Assembly (NCBI RefSeq): GCF_030144855.1
Contig: NC_082731.1
Coordinates: forward strand, 10,974,001 to 11,038,000
Length of the DNA: 64,000 nucleotides
Source of the DNA: Hypanus sabinus
Lineage: Eukaryota
Reading direction: 5' to 3'
Program-made: the position numbers and the translations under genes
The notes under the pieces: generated by a model
Databases searched by the model: none
What the model saw: the letters and a program-made list of their open reading frames with translations, nothing else
Told to the model about the DNA's origin: nothing
Part shown: in pieces, positions 13,590 through 26,964 of the stretch
Layout: each line of letters opens with the position of its first letter
Position numbering within the stretch: the first letter of the stretch is position 1

Positions 13590-15240
13590 TGCCCATGTTG
13601 GGGTTGAGGAAAACAAGGTGACACACATTCTAGCCAAGTAATCACTTAAAATTAAGCATATAACTGTAGTGGTGCCTTTGTATAAAACGGAGGTGAAAGT
13701 CATAATTAACAGGTCTCTTTGATCACTACGTCAACAATGTTAGGATAACGAAAGAAAGGACGATAATTATATTTAGAAAAATTCAGAGGACTGTGGGAAC
13801 TTTACTAAAGAAGCAATTAATGTTTACACGTTGGACATGTACGGTTGAATAATTCCTTGTCCAGTTATACTTAAATTCATTACTTAAGATGGGCAAACAG
13901 AAAGTCTTGAAAGACTACTATCCAGTGGCCCTGACCTCACACATCATGAAGACGCTAGCGAAGCTGGACCTGATTCAGCATTGATCCTAGTCAGATCAAC
14001 TCTTTATTCTCTGTAGTTTGCCTAGTAAGAGTGCATTAGAGTCGACGATGCTCCATTCTACCAGTTGAAGAGGACCTACTGTCATTTAGACAAGCAGGAT
14101 AGCGCCGTGAGGATCATGTTGTTGTTGTTTTTTTTTTATTTTTCAAGTGCCTTCAATACTATACAGCCTTCATTGCTGGGTTTAAAGCTCCATTCAGTGC
14201 AGGTTGACAATTCCATGGATTATGGTCTATTGGACTGGCAGACCACTGTTTGTGCGGCTTCATAGCTATGTGTCATACATAGCTATAAGCAGCACTGGGG
14301 CCCCACAGGGGATTGTATTGGCTCCCATCCCGTTTACCCTATATACCACAGACATTAGATAATACACTGAATCATGTTATCTGCAGAAATCAAAAATACT
14401 CTCCTGACTCAGCAATAGTTGAGTCTATAAAGAGAGGATGTGAGGATGAATACAGGACCGCGATGGAAGTCTTGGTCAAATGGTGGAAGCTGAATAATCT
14501 GTAGCTGAACATCAGTAAGACAAAAGAGATGGTGATGGACTTGAGGAAGACCAAACCTCCGCTGCTCACTTTTACTACTGATGGTGAGGACATGGATGTG
14601 GTGAGGACATACAAGTATCTGGGGGTGCACCTGGATGACAAAAATGGGTAGAGCACCAACAGAGGCTCTGTACAAGAAGGGCTAGAGTCACCTCTGCATC
14701 CTGAGGATACTGAGGTCCTTTAGATTATGCAAGCCCGCCCGCCCTTCATATGTTTTAGTAGTCTGTTGTCACCAGTGCAATCTTCTATGTGGTTGTATGC
14801 TGGGGCAATTGCATCAACATGAGGCTCCATAAACTAATTAGAAAGATTGGCTCTGTTATAGGAGTCAAACCGGACACATCAGAGCCTGTTGTAGAAGAAA
14901 GGACCCTGAGAAAAATCCTGGCAATTCAGGACAATGTTTCCCATCCTCTACAAGCCACCTTGGCTGAACAGAAGAGAGTTTTTGTAATAGATTAAGACAA
15001 CTGCACTGTTCTAAAGAGCAAGCACTATATGAAGATATTCTTACATTTGGCAATTAGGCCCTATGATGAGTTAACCTACAGTCGGGGAACTGATGACCCC
15101 CACCTGTTAGATTGCCTGAGGTAATTTATATTTTTATTCTTTATTAATTATCTTCTAATATTAGCATATCTGCGTACTTGTAATGCTCCTGTGACACTGT
15201 AATTTCCTTTGGGATGAATAAAGTATCTATCTATCTATCT
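13590..15240 (+). mobile_element. RNase H-like LINE fragment followed by a Rex1/Babar RT fragment ending in (TATC)n
   Basis: AHVGVEENKVTHILAK resembles the RNase H AHVGxxGNExADxLAK motif; HLDKQDSAVRIM..FSSAFNTIQP RT motif; aataaagtatctatctatctatct tail at ~15217-15240. Confidence 0.65.
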
Positions 15241-16309
15241 AATTTAGTCAGTTGTAGGGAGCGCACTTGTTATGAAATGATGCAGATGCAATGAGATGCA
15301 AAGCAAACTTATAATTGCTACATTGAGTGCATCTTCCCCCCAATCCCCACCCCCAGCAACCGCAAACTTGTTACTTCTTCCTCGATCTTTTCTAAAACTT
15401 CAAAAACCGGATACGTTAATCATTCGTTCCTGCCCCTCTTTCAACCAAATTTCTGCAATGGCCATCCCATTGTACTTACATGTACTGATCCAAGCTCCAA
15501 GTTCATCACCCTTACCCATATTACCCTTAGCATTAGTGTACACACATTTCAACCCATTTCACCCATCATACCTGTTATTTCGATTATGCATTTCAAAACT
15601 TTCCTTGACATGTATTTTCCGGTCCGATCCTCCCCTTACTGACCTGATGCTCTGGTTTCCAGTCCTTGCAACAGTAGTTTAAATTCTCCTGAGTAGCTTT
15701 CGTATTGTTTAGTAGACTTTGCACCGTTTGACACTTAAGTTGATGGACGCGTATTTGATGAAACGTTTGACTGGGCTTAAGTGATTGAAAAAGTGCAATA
15801 AATATAATCAGTTTGTATCTTAGAAATTATTTGGAAATTATTTAGTACAGATATCGCGCTGTGTTTCTTGTATCCACGGTCAATGTCGAAATTATAAGTC
15901 AAGTAAAAAAAATACTTAAAAATGCCAAGTAAGGTACTGAGTGAGAGAAATATGGAAATGACAAACAGACTTGAAGCGAGCGTTCTGTCCAATGACGCAA
16001 AATACTGCATGGTTACAAGTACATTGATTACCAGGAGTAAAAGTCCTTCAATTATCCTGAGTACAAGGGAGAGAAAATAAGAGCAAAAAAGTTTTGGTAC
16101 AACCTTCTAAAACATTGCGTAGGTCACAGCTGAAATATTATGTATAGTTCTGACCAGATTAGACTGGAGAGGAAGCAAATGAATTTCGCAGCACGAGAGG
16201 AGTAATTGGATAGAAAGGAGTTGTCTTCTATCATATCGAGGAGGTTGAGGGAAAAGGCACCAGAGGTATGTGTTACTCTGAGATGAATAGGTTTCAATAG
16301 GTTTCAACA

Positions 16310-17105
16310 GGTACATTTAATGTCAGAGAAATGTGTACAATATGCATCCTGAAATTCTTCTTTTTCGTGAACATCCACGAAAACAGAGGAGTGCCCCAAA
16401 GATTGAATGACAGTTAATTGTTAGAACCCCAAAGTTCCCCCAGTTCCCGCCTCTCACGCATAAGCAGCAGAAAAGCAACTAACCCCTCCTCCCCCACCAG
16501 CAAAAAAAGCATCCGGACACCCACCGAGCACTCAAGCCTGCAGCAAAACATCAATAAAGACAAAGACTTGCAATACCCCAAAGTCTACTCGTTCACCTGA
16601 TATTCCACATACCCCAGACTCTCTCTCTCTCTCTCTCCCTAATAAAGGAAACAGAAGTCTCCCGTTTCATAGGGTGAGGAGAGACATGACAAAGGAACTC
16701 GCTGATTTATGGTGTTGCGTCTGTTGCGTCGCCTTTTCCGAGCTCTGTGCCCAAAGAACTCGGGTCTCTGGGCACACAGCCAGCAGCCAGCTCGCTGCTT
16801 ACGATCTTCAGTCTCCCACGGCGGCACCGGCTTTGAATCCGCCAGACTCCAGAGCCACAAAGATCCGGCACCCTGAAGGCGCCCAAGTCTTCCAGGTGCA
16901 TCTGTGCCATACCGCTTTACGGTATACCTGCCATGAGGCTCCGAGAGCAGGTCCCATTTCTGCAACGAGCCGAGGTCAGGGTGTAACTCCAGGTCAGGGA
17001 CTTCAAAAGAACCTTGAAAAGGAAAAACGAAAAAAAAAAATCAAATCTAAGATAGAAATTAAGCTTTTTCCCAAGATGCAAGTAAAGGAGTCGATGTCCT
17101 CCTAA
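16310..17105 (-). repeat. SINE-like/non-autonomous element containing a (CT)n tract
   Basis: Homologous to 12170-12540; (CT)n at ~16619-16637; no protein motif in the overlapping ORFs. Confidence 0.5.
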
Positions 17106-17944
17106 AATGCCCCCAATAGATATACAAGGTTGATGGTAAGAATTCTACCTTGTGGCAGAGCCTCAACAACTAGAGACATTAATCCAATCTAAGACAAGAT
17201 TTGAGTGATTTGAGGAGGGTGATTGCAATTTGTACCGGACTGCCTAATTGGGTGGCGAAAGTAGCTTCTGTCACAACATTTCAGAAGTACGGGTATAAAT
17301 TTCTGATTTGTCGAAGTAGAGGGAGCCAAATGATGGTAAATGGAATAAGTGTAACATTTGAGTAAACTTAATGGACGAAGGGCTTCTCTCTCTCTCTGCC
17401 GTACCACTGTGCAACAATGGCGGATAAGATCGGATAGAATGAATGATATACTCTAGTACGGATGATGGCATTCGTATCACTTTGCTCATACGTGAGTTTC
17501 CATCAGCTACGGCTAGCTACTAAACCACAGACCGCTGGACATCAGGCCTCTGGAAAGAGTAGCGTATTTAATCTTCCAGAAATTTCTCCCTCTGAGATTT
17601 GAAATCGAGACAGGACACATAATGAATTAATTAATATCGTCCGCACTTCTCAGTTCGAGCTGAACTGTTTCAACGTTTCCTTTTTCTCCAGAAAAAGCAG
17701 ATGCCGTTAAATGTCAAGGAATTGCAGCGAATTATTGATTGCTTCCTTTTCATTGCCGAGAGGTTTTAGTAAAAATGCCAAAGCAAGATATAGGAAATTT
17801 GTCTGCTGCTGATAATCTGAAGAACGTTTCCAGTGCTTACTGGCTGCTCAGCAAAGTAGGAAACCGACAGAATGTCATGAATCATAGTCGGCATGTGGAG
17901 ACCACAGATATGCCCACCTATTGAATTATTTTATCCATATCGAA

Positions 17945-18860
17945 AACATAGAAACAGAAAACTTATAGCACAATGCATGCCCTTCGGCCCACAAATTTGT
18001 GCCGAATATGTCCCTACCTTAGAAATAGCCAGGGTTACCCATAGCCCTTTAATTTCTAAGCTCTAAGTACCTACCAAAATGTCTCTGAAAAGACCCCATC
18101 GTATCCGCATCCACCACCATTGCCGGCAGTCCATTCCGCACACTCTCCACTCTCTACATAATTATCTGCATCTCTAACACCGCCTCCTGACATCTCCTCT
18201 GTACCTGCTCCCAAGCACTTTGAAATTCTGCCCTCTTGTGGCAGTCTGGGTAAAAGCTCGGACTAGTCACATGATCAATGCTTCTCATCATCTTACACAC
18301 CTCTGTCAGGTCACTTTTCATCCTCCGTCTCTCCAAGAACAAAAGACCAAGTTCACTCAACCCGTTTGCATATGGCATGCGCCCTAATCCAGGCAATATC
18401 CCTGTAAATCTCCTCTGTACCCTTACTACAGTTTTCACATCCTTCCTGTAGTGAGGGGACCAGAACTAAATACAGTACTCCAAATGGGGTCTGACTGGGC
18501 TCCGATGTAGCTGCAACATTACCTCTCGGCTCCTAAATTCAATTCCCCGATTGATGCTGCCCAATACACCGTATGCCTTCTTAACCACAGAGTCAACCTG
18601 CGCAGCTGCTTTGAGCGTCCTGTGGACTCGGACCCCAAGATCCCGCTGATCCTTCACACTGTCAAGAGTCTTACCATTAATACTATATTCTGCTATCATA
18701 TTTGATCTACCAAAATGAACCACTTCACACTTATTTGGGTTGAACTCCGTCTGCCACTTCTCAGCCCAATTTTGGATCCTATCAATGTCCCGCTGTAACC
18801 TCTGATAGCTCTCCACACTATCCACAACACCTCCAACCTCAGTGTCATCAGCAAACTTAA
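17945..18860 (-). mobile_element. CR1 LINE RT 3' fragment
   Basis: LKFADDTEVGGVVDSVESYQRLQRDIDRIQNWAEKWQTEFNPNKCEVVHFG..VRPHLEYC (ORF 18466-19056). Confidence 0.85.
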
Positions 18861-21800
18861 GAACCCATCCCTCCATTTCCTCAGCATTTCGAAAGTCTGT
18901 ACAAATTTTCTTTCGCATCGCAGCATATATTCCTCCGCCACGTCCCCAAGCTGCGACCGACTGTGTGTTTAATACCCTGTTGCGTTCTACTGCCGCCGAA
19001 CTATTCTCATTGTCACCGTTCTCTTGAAGGCCCGATTCGTTCAATGTGCGACACATCTCACAAAGGCAGCAAAACAGAAAAGAAGCCCAACCCCAATTCC
19101 CTCCACACCCAGATCTCCATTAAAAGGCGGACATGCACTTTACCTAAAAAGCATGCTCAAACGTCAATTCTACTCATTGTCACCCCACCGGCCCGACATT
19201 ATGAGTCAAACAAATCTCAGACTCTGTTCCACACTCATCCGTGTAAAGCGGTGGAGTGAAGAAAGGTTCTCAGGCCGGAGACGGGCCTTTAGTTCACTAC
19301 GTCCATGTCCGTCGACGTAATACTTCAAGTTTTCTCTTTTAAATCATGGCAATATATGAACTTGTCCTTTAAATGAATTATGTGGACTGAGCTTTCCGTA
19401 CTTACAGTTTATAGGGAGCAACAAAGTGCAGCTGTCTGACATGAGCTGACTGACGGTGCATCGTTCCAAATAACCGATGGCATTTAGACTTTCGGCCTTC
19501 GACACATTAACGAGTTCAGGATTTTACCAAAGTAAGACGCATACAGACAGTAACTCTTTCCTCAGTTGAGGAGTATTTTGCATTCCGGGATGTTGTCGAT
19601 TTAAAAAAAAAATTAAGATTGCGAAAAAAATCATAGAAGCCTACCCAAAGCAGGCATTAACGGTCCGCCTGGCCCGTGACAACAGTCGTGCCGAACGACG
19701 CTTATCGTATTTCCCTGCATTAGACTCACGGTCATCCTTTCCTTTCCTATAATCAGAATCAGAATCAGACTTTTATCGCCAAGTACCTGTGCACATACAA
19801 GGAATTTACTTCCGGCATATGTTGTCTCTCTGCTCATAACAATAATATCATAATATATAATATCATAACAAAAGTATCTGTTCAAATGTCTTAAACGTTG
19901 TAATTATGTACATCTCTAACACCGCCTCCGGCAGCTCGTTCTAGGTAACCATCACCCTCTGAGTAAACAACCTTACTCCCCAGATCTCATTAAAAATTCC
20001 CCCTCTTACCTTCAACCTGTGTTTTCTAGTTCTATACTCGACCATCCAGGGGAAAAGCACTGTTGCTTCCTCTCCTGTCTGAACACATTATGACCTTATG
20101 AACATGTATAGGGTCACGCCTATGCTTCCTGCGTTACATTGGGAATAATCGAAGCCATTCTCTCCTTATATCTAAAGTCCTCAATTCCAGGTAGCATCTC
20201 ACTGAATCTCTTCTGCCCTCCATTACTACCAGATCCTCCCTGCAGTGTGGTACCAAAACCATACACAATAAGGGAAGGCGATTTTATGCATTTGCATCAT
20301 GGCCTGCTGACTGTTATAGGGAATGCTGCTGCGCACGCAGCCAAGCACACGAAATGACCTTTTCACTAACGCAGTCATCTATTTTAACACGTTCTGGAGG
20401 CTGTGAGATGACACTTCAAAATCAAATTGTACATCAGTATTCCTCTGGCCCCTATCACTCGCTTTCTGCCCGCTTTCTTCCCGCCTTTCTAATTGGTAAA
20501 TGGAAAGCAGCAAACACAATGCTCTGTGAACAGACAACAGAATCACAGTAGTTTTATACCAGACTCTGTAACTTCTTTATCATCGAGGCAAGCAACTAAC
20601 ACGAAGCAAAGGATTCGGTGACAGGAGATGCCAAATATTATAACCCATAAATTGGACAATACAGTAGATAGAACTAAGTGACTTAAACCCAACGAGCAAT
20701 CAGTGTTTACTGTCCTGCCAGATCCCGCCGCGATTGTCCCGCGATTAATCCAACGTGAACAACTTAGTCCAAGTATTTCGACCTTGAGTTATTCTCGCAA
20801 CTGTTATGTTCTTTTCACTGCGTCGACTTTTGCATCAAATGGCGGAATATCATAAACTAATTCCGCTCTACCTGGAGATCACTACTAAAGGGTTTTCCAG
20901 TATCCAACGACAGAAAATAATTTTGCCTCATTGTCTCACGAACACCGAACATACAGGAGGGGAACAGGCCCTTCGTCCCTTGATGCCAAATTAAATTGCT
21001 CCCTTTTGTCTGCACATGATCCATATCATTCTATTTCTCGCATGAGCGTGTGCCTGTCTAAAAGCCCCTTAAAGGCCGCTGGCGTGTTTCCATCAGTATC
21101 CCTGACAGTGCCATTCAGACACCTATCACATATTGTCTTAAAATTAAATTGCCCCATACATCGACAAATCTCATCGATCATCTATTCTCTCTAGTATTCG
21201 ACGTTTATACCCTGGGAAAGCGATTTTGGCAGTCATAACTCTATGAATTTATAAACAATCGGTCGCCCTTAACTATGATGCTCCAGAGAAAACAATGCAA
21301 ATTTCTGAAACATCTCCTCGTAAGGACTGCCAGCTGATCTAGGCAGAATCCTTATAACCAATCCCCTCCACCACCACTACCTTAATGCTCTCCAAGACAT
21401 TCACTTTATTTCTATAACGGGGCCAAATAACTACAGAAAATATTCTAAGTGCGGCTTAACCATCAGTTTATGCGGCTGCATCAGGACTTCCTGGTTCTTA
21501 CACTCGGTACCCCTAACGACGAGGCAAGCTTGCTTTACCGCTCTATTTAAATGCAGTGCATCTGCAATATGGACTTATAGTCTCATAATAATCCGGCTGT
21601 AGTATATGCACTGCCGACTTCACCCTAAAATGACCATCCAAACTTTTTCAGAACTCCGTTTGTTCCATTGAAAAATCAACCCTTTATTTATTTAGTAACT
21701 GGCTTCTAGTGTTTCGGAGGCTCGCCACCTCAGCACAGTGTCATGTTCGTGAGATTGGACCGGTCAATGCTACCAATACTTCGTACATAGTGGTGCTTGG

Positions 21801-22259
21801 AACCGTAAAATGAATAGCGTATTTTATAATATGCAAGGCAACCAGCGGAAAGATTGATAATAAATGTGCTTTGGACTTTGATTAGAAATCGCAACTTATA
21901 TATGACTCTTGGGGGATTGTAATGTCACGCTGTTAAGTTTGTATGGTGATGTTCTATAATATAAAAAAAAGAATTGATTTTCTTGCGTCCATGCAGATTT
22001 GGATATGGATTTCATAACTTGTCTTTCAAATCTGAAATTGAACTCAGCATTGTTATCAAAGAACAAATCCGAATCTGATATCACGAATTACTTTCATTTT
22101 CAGCATCTGCAGATTTTCGCATTTTCTTGATCATAAATTGGCGGTGTGGTTGGAAAGCTCTCAGGGTTATATATAGATGCTCAGTGACATTACTGCCAGA
22201 TTTTGCTCTCAAAATGATCTCAAAACAGATTTATTGACCAAACGTTGTGTATAATTCAA

Positions 22260-23050
22260 AGCAACGAAACACAAAGACCTGGAGGAACTCAGATCAATCA
22301 GCAACTATGGAAAAGAATAAACAGTTGACCTTTCGGGCTGAGGCCGTTCTTCAGCTCTGAAAAGAAGGGAAGAAAACACCAGAAGAAAGCGGTGGTGGGA
22401 GGAGACATATGCCAGCTGAAAGCCAGGTGAGGGGAAAAGGTTAAGGGCTGGAGAAGAATCTAATGGGAGAGGAGAATGAACCATAGGAAAATGGAAGAAG
22501 GAACGGAACCTGGGGGAAGTAATAGACAAGTGAAAAGAAGTAAAAGGTCAGATAGTGGAATAGTGGAAGTGTGCACGGATTTATCTACCGGACGCAGAAT
22601 CGATATTCATGCAATCAAGTTGGAGGGTCACCCAGACGGATAATGTTCTATTTCTCCTCAACCCTGAGAGTGGCCTTATTTTGTCACAAAAGGAGGCCAT
22701 GTATCGAAACGTCTGAACGGGAACAGGAATGGAAATCGGAATTAAAATTCCTCTTTTCCTCAGACTGGCCTTTTAGTTCTTCTCACCTGCTTATTCCTTC
22801 GCCTCGGGTCCCCTCTTTCCCTTTCTCTTGACGTCGACTGTCATCTCCTATCAGATTCCTTCTTCTCCAGATCTTGACCTTTCGTATACACTTTGTTTCA
22901 CCTATAACCATCCTCTTCTTCCGCACCCCCCCCCACTATTTATTCTTACACCTTCCCCCCTCCTTCTCAGTTATGAAAATGTCGCCTGTTTATTCTTTTG
23001 CATCGATGCTGTCTGACCTGCTGAGTTTCTCCAGCGTTGCTATAGATTTC
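22260..23050. mobile_element. Penelope-like remnant with oppositely oriented terminal (pLTR-like) repeats
   Basis: Forward ACACAAA..GGAGGAACTCAG..TTTCGGGCTGAG at ~22270 and reverse GATGCTGTCTGACCTGCTGAGTTTCTCCAGC at ~23005. Confidence 0.55.
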
Positions 23051-24599
23051 CAGTATTGACGGACTGGAATCCATTATACTCCTTGCAAATGCCCATACAC
23101 TTCCGTTTGGCTGTGATGGTGCTGCAAGTTTTCCTTTGCACCTGTGCACACATGTATTTGTGTATATGGCAATAAACTTGATTCAGTGGGTTCTAGCACC
23201 ATTCTTTTATGGTTATCAATTATGTTGACTCTTTGCAATGGGAAGAAGAATTGCACATTGACTCTTCTATCACGATCTAACATTGTATGATATTCAGGTC
23301 ACTGACTTTTGTGTTTATTGCTTGGATGAAATTTAATCCCATTAAGAATATTAATTAGGGAAATCCGTCGCGTCTGCTGGTCGCTTGATGAATTCAAATA
23401 AACTGAAAACAGGCGGAAATATCAATCGATAACCCAACCCTGAATTCCAGTTACTTACATTGACCTGTGAGCAGCCTAAAGCTAACCTCACTGATGTTTG
23501 TGTAGTGACCGCCCGTGGGTAATGGTGAGGGTTATATTGAACAATGGAGTTTAATTATTCGAGAGGGAGAGCCAGGAGCCACCAAGGGTGGAATGGCCAT
23601 TGATCGCGACTGGCTGTTCACAAATGGAAAGGAAATGGTTGAGGCTGCACATGTTTCTCCATGGAGAATTCTTTGCTTTAATCAAGAAACACAGTCAGGA
23701 AATGGAATCAAATTCATGTAAGATTTTGCCAACAATTTACGCTGACGCACTGAAAGAACAGTTAGTCTGAGGAAGGTGTGCTGGATTAAACTTCCACGGA
23801 CGCGACTTTGGAGTGTCCTGTATTGTGTTTCTCTTTTTCAGTCTGATGGAAGAATAAAGATTCTTGGGAATGGAGTAAATAAATACCGAATGTCATGTCT
23901 TTAAACTGGATTTCGCTGTGCTGCCTTCGGGGAACAGGTAAAATACCTAGATATTTACTTCCACAACAACGGGATCATAATCAGGATAAGAGTGCGAGAT
24001 GTGAAATTTCAAAATATATCGAGCTAAGTGACCAGTCATTTCGAGATCCCTACGAGTTTAAAAGTCAAGTCTGCATGATCCGAGCAAAATGCAAAAGCGA
24101 AGCTAAAGGGAAGGCAAATACGTGTTAGTTGTATGGAATCTCAGGTGAAGCAACACTTGCTCTTTTTAACTTCCAAAATTCGTATGATACAATCGATGTC
24201 CATAGTACAGATTCTGGTATTGCAGGAAGTCAAAGGGTAAATGGATCACCGTTAGGCAGGAACCTACAGTTAATCCGCAGGATCTGTTAGGATTTATTAA
24301 TTGTTTGTCAATTTAATTGATCATAACGCTCCTCCACCTGTATGCTTAATAATTTTGAAAATTCGTCACTCGACTTCAGAAATTGCACTGAATTAACCAA
24401 TTTCAGATTTAATTTCGGTCTTCTAGTTCACATTTCCAACTTTAGCTCACCCTCATCCTTTTATTCTTCTCTCTTCTTGTGCCATTGATCTCTGCCTTTC
24501 AGATCAGTTTTACCGTCCACCTGCAGAGCTGATGTATCCTTTCAAAGTCATTCAGGTCTTCTTATTTTCGTCCCTTTGCATTAATTTTAAATATTGGAC

Positions 24600-25400
24600 G
24601 GTGCAGTGCAGATTAACTAATGACACGCTGAATACGCTGGGGCCGGCAGTTTAGAAGCCTAATGGGAAGAAACTGTTTCTCATCCTGACCGTTCTTGTTT
24701 CTATGCATTGTTATCTCCTGCCTGAAGGTAGAAAGTCAAAGCGGATGCTGGATGGGTGGGTGGAATACTTATCAGTACTACCGTTCCTGCCTATGCTGCG
24801 CTCCAGATAAATGTCTCTTCTGGATGGTAGGTAGACCTCTGTGATCCTCCCAACTTTTCTCACAGTCCTTTGTAGGGACTTCCGCTCCAATGCTCTTCTG
24901 CTCCCATACCAGATAAAGATGCAACGTATCAGGATGTTCTCAATGGTGCTCCTGTAAATCACAGTTACGATGGTGGGTAGGAGCTTTGCTAGACTCAATC
25001 TAATGAAGCGGAGGCGCTGCTTTGCCTCCTTGTTCAAGGAGGATAGAGGGAGGCAGAAGTAGATTTGAATCGGCGAGGTTTCAGAAGGGCTTCGATAAAT
25101 TTGGAGAATACGCAAAGAAGAGGCAAATGGAATACAATGTTGTGAAGTGTATGGTATTGCACTTTGGTAGTAGGAATAAAAAAACATTGGCTGACAGGGT
25201 GGCGGGTTGTCTCATTACAACCAATCGAATGAGTGGATGTGGAGAGGATCTTTCTAGTGGTGAGAGGAGTCTAGGACCGCAGTGTATATCCTCAGAATAA
25301 GGAAATGTCCATTTAGAATGGAGATAAAGAGGAGCTTTTTTAGCCCGTGGATAGTGAATCTATGGAAGTTCCTGCCGCATGCTGCCATAGGGTTCTAAAC
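24600..25400. mobile_element. Rex1/Babar 3' fragment (-) abutting CR1 fragments (+)
   Basis: IYRSTIENILIRCIFIWYGS..RKSLQRTVRKVGRIT (ORF 24711-25187); KKRQMEYNVVKCMVLHFGSRN (ORF 25022-25300). Confidence 0.65.
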
Positions 25401-26599
25401 AGTTTTAGGTAAAATCTATCATTTGTAATTTTCCCACTTGTGATGCAAGTTTATTAATCTGAAATGTCACCATGGTTTCCCTCTTTACAGATATACTGAG
25501 CTGCCGATTTTGTTTTTGCTGCACTTCCTACTTTTGAATTCATTTGTGTCATATCTTGTTTAGAACTCATCTACGGTACAGTTTACTTCAGACCAGAACA
25601 AGAACACATACAATATTGCAGCCTATTTCAGCTGCTATGTATTGACAAATGCTGAATTCAACGGATACTCGAAATATTTCATATAGCAGCAGCACAAAGT
25701 GTTGTCAAGCCAAGCTGCCTCTGCAAGTGACACACAAAAAAAAACCTTATAATGCATGGTCGTTTATCATGTCAGCAGTTTTGTTTTATTTAGGGGTCTG
25801 TTATCCATGGGAAGTCAGAGCAGAATTAATGGAATAATATAAGCTTTTGAATTGTGTAGAATGCGAGAGGCCTGCTATCTTTGATGTTGAGAAGAACATG
25901 ACTGATTGCAATGAAATTTTAAAATGTTGAAACTTGTTAGATCAAAATGGAATAAAATAACGCTGCTGTGGGAATCATTAAAGAGACCTAATTGAAATTA
26001 GGAGATAGGTTTCTGTTTCTTTCCATTCATACATTATCAAAAGTATTGCCCAATGGTAAGCAAATGAAGGAAAAGATTAAATTCAGGCACACTGAGGCCA
26101 ATAGCTTATTTCTTTTACATAAATTTATCAGATGCCCTCAGATGAATCTGGTAAGGTGAATTAGAATACAGAAAATGAGCGCTTTGTGAATGCTCACCTC
26201 CTGAGATGCTATACCAACAACAATTACTAGATGGGGTAATGGGATTAAGTTTATTTTTTTTCCCCAGCCATTGAATCATCAGCTGAAGATTTCTGATTAA
26301 ATTATGAAGGCGTTCAATCTTTTCTGCTGGGATCCAATTAATGTGGATTAATATCTTTCTAAAGACGTGAGTTTTTTTTAATCTTGATAATGGCTGAGAA
26401 ATGCAGATAGCGAGTCTGAGGAAACTGGGTGGAGAAAGCCTGCCGGTATTCTTTCAAGAAGGGTATTGGAGAACTACATGAGCATTTATGTTAATGTGGT
26501 ATTGCCTTGCGGTGTACTGAAGCTAACTTTAAATCAAAATTCTGGTTGCCTTTCGTTAATTTATTTACCATAGAAAACATTTTGATTCCTCGTGTACCT

Positions 26600-26960
26600 A
26601 ATAAAGTGGCCAGTGTATGTTGATGGTCTTCTGTTGCGGTAGCCCTACAACTACAATGTTCGATGTGCTGTGTATCAGAGATGCTCTTCTGCATTTCACT
26701 GTAGAAACACGTGGTTATTTGTGTTACCATCGCCTTACTGTCAGCTTGAATCAGTCTGGTTATTCTCTCCCGACCTTTCTTACTAGTTAGAGGTTTTTGC
26801 CCGTACAACTGTCACTCAGTGGAATTGTTTGATTGTTTCTCGATACATTCTCTGTAAACTCTACAGAACGATCTGCGTGAAAATTCCAGAAGATCAGCAG
26901 TATCTGAAATACTCACACCGCAATGATTGGCATTAGCAATCGTTCCACGGTCAAGTAACT
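26600..26960 (-). mobile_element. Tc1-like transposase remnant
   Basis: GQKPLTSKKGRERITRLIQADSKAMVTQITTCFYSEMQKSISD matches the fish Tc1 DNA-binding region pattern GRKRL..RGQRRMARLVRADRKATVTQIT..QKSISE. Confidence 0.7.
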
Positions 26961-26964
26961 TAGA

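Noticed and set aside
21734-21740. Perfect heptamers CACAGTG (here and at 29428)
   Set aside because: No nonamer at 12- or 23-nt spacing and no adjacent V/D/J-like sequence.
23459-23749. 291-nt minus-strand segment with a good acceptor (ctaactgttctttcag) and GTAAGT donor, Ig-exon sized
   Set aside because: Stop codons in all three frames and no Cys/Trp Ig pattern; at most a non-coding exon.
26792-26819. RSS-like GGTTTTTGC-12 nt-CACTCAG
   Set aside because: The heptamer lacks the essential terminal GTG, the site lies inside the Tc1 remnant, and no D/J coding segment adjoins it.
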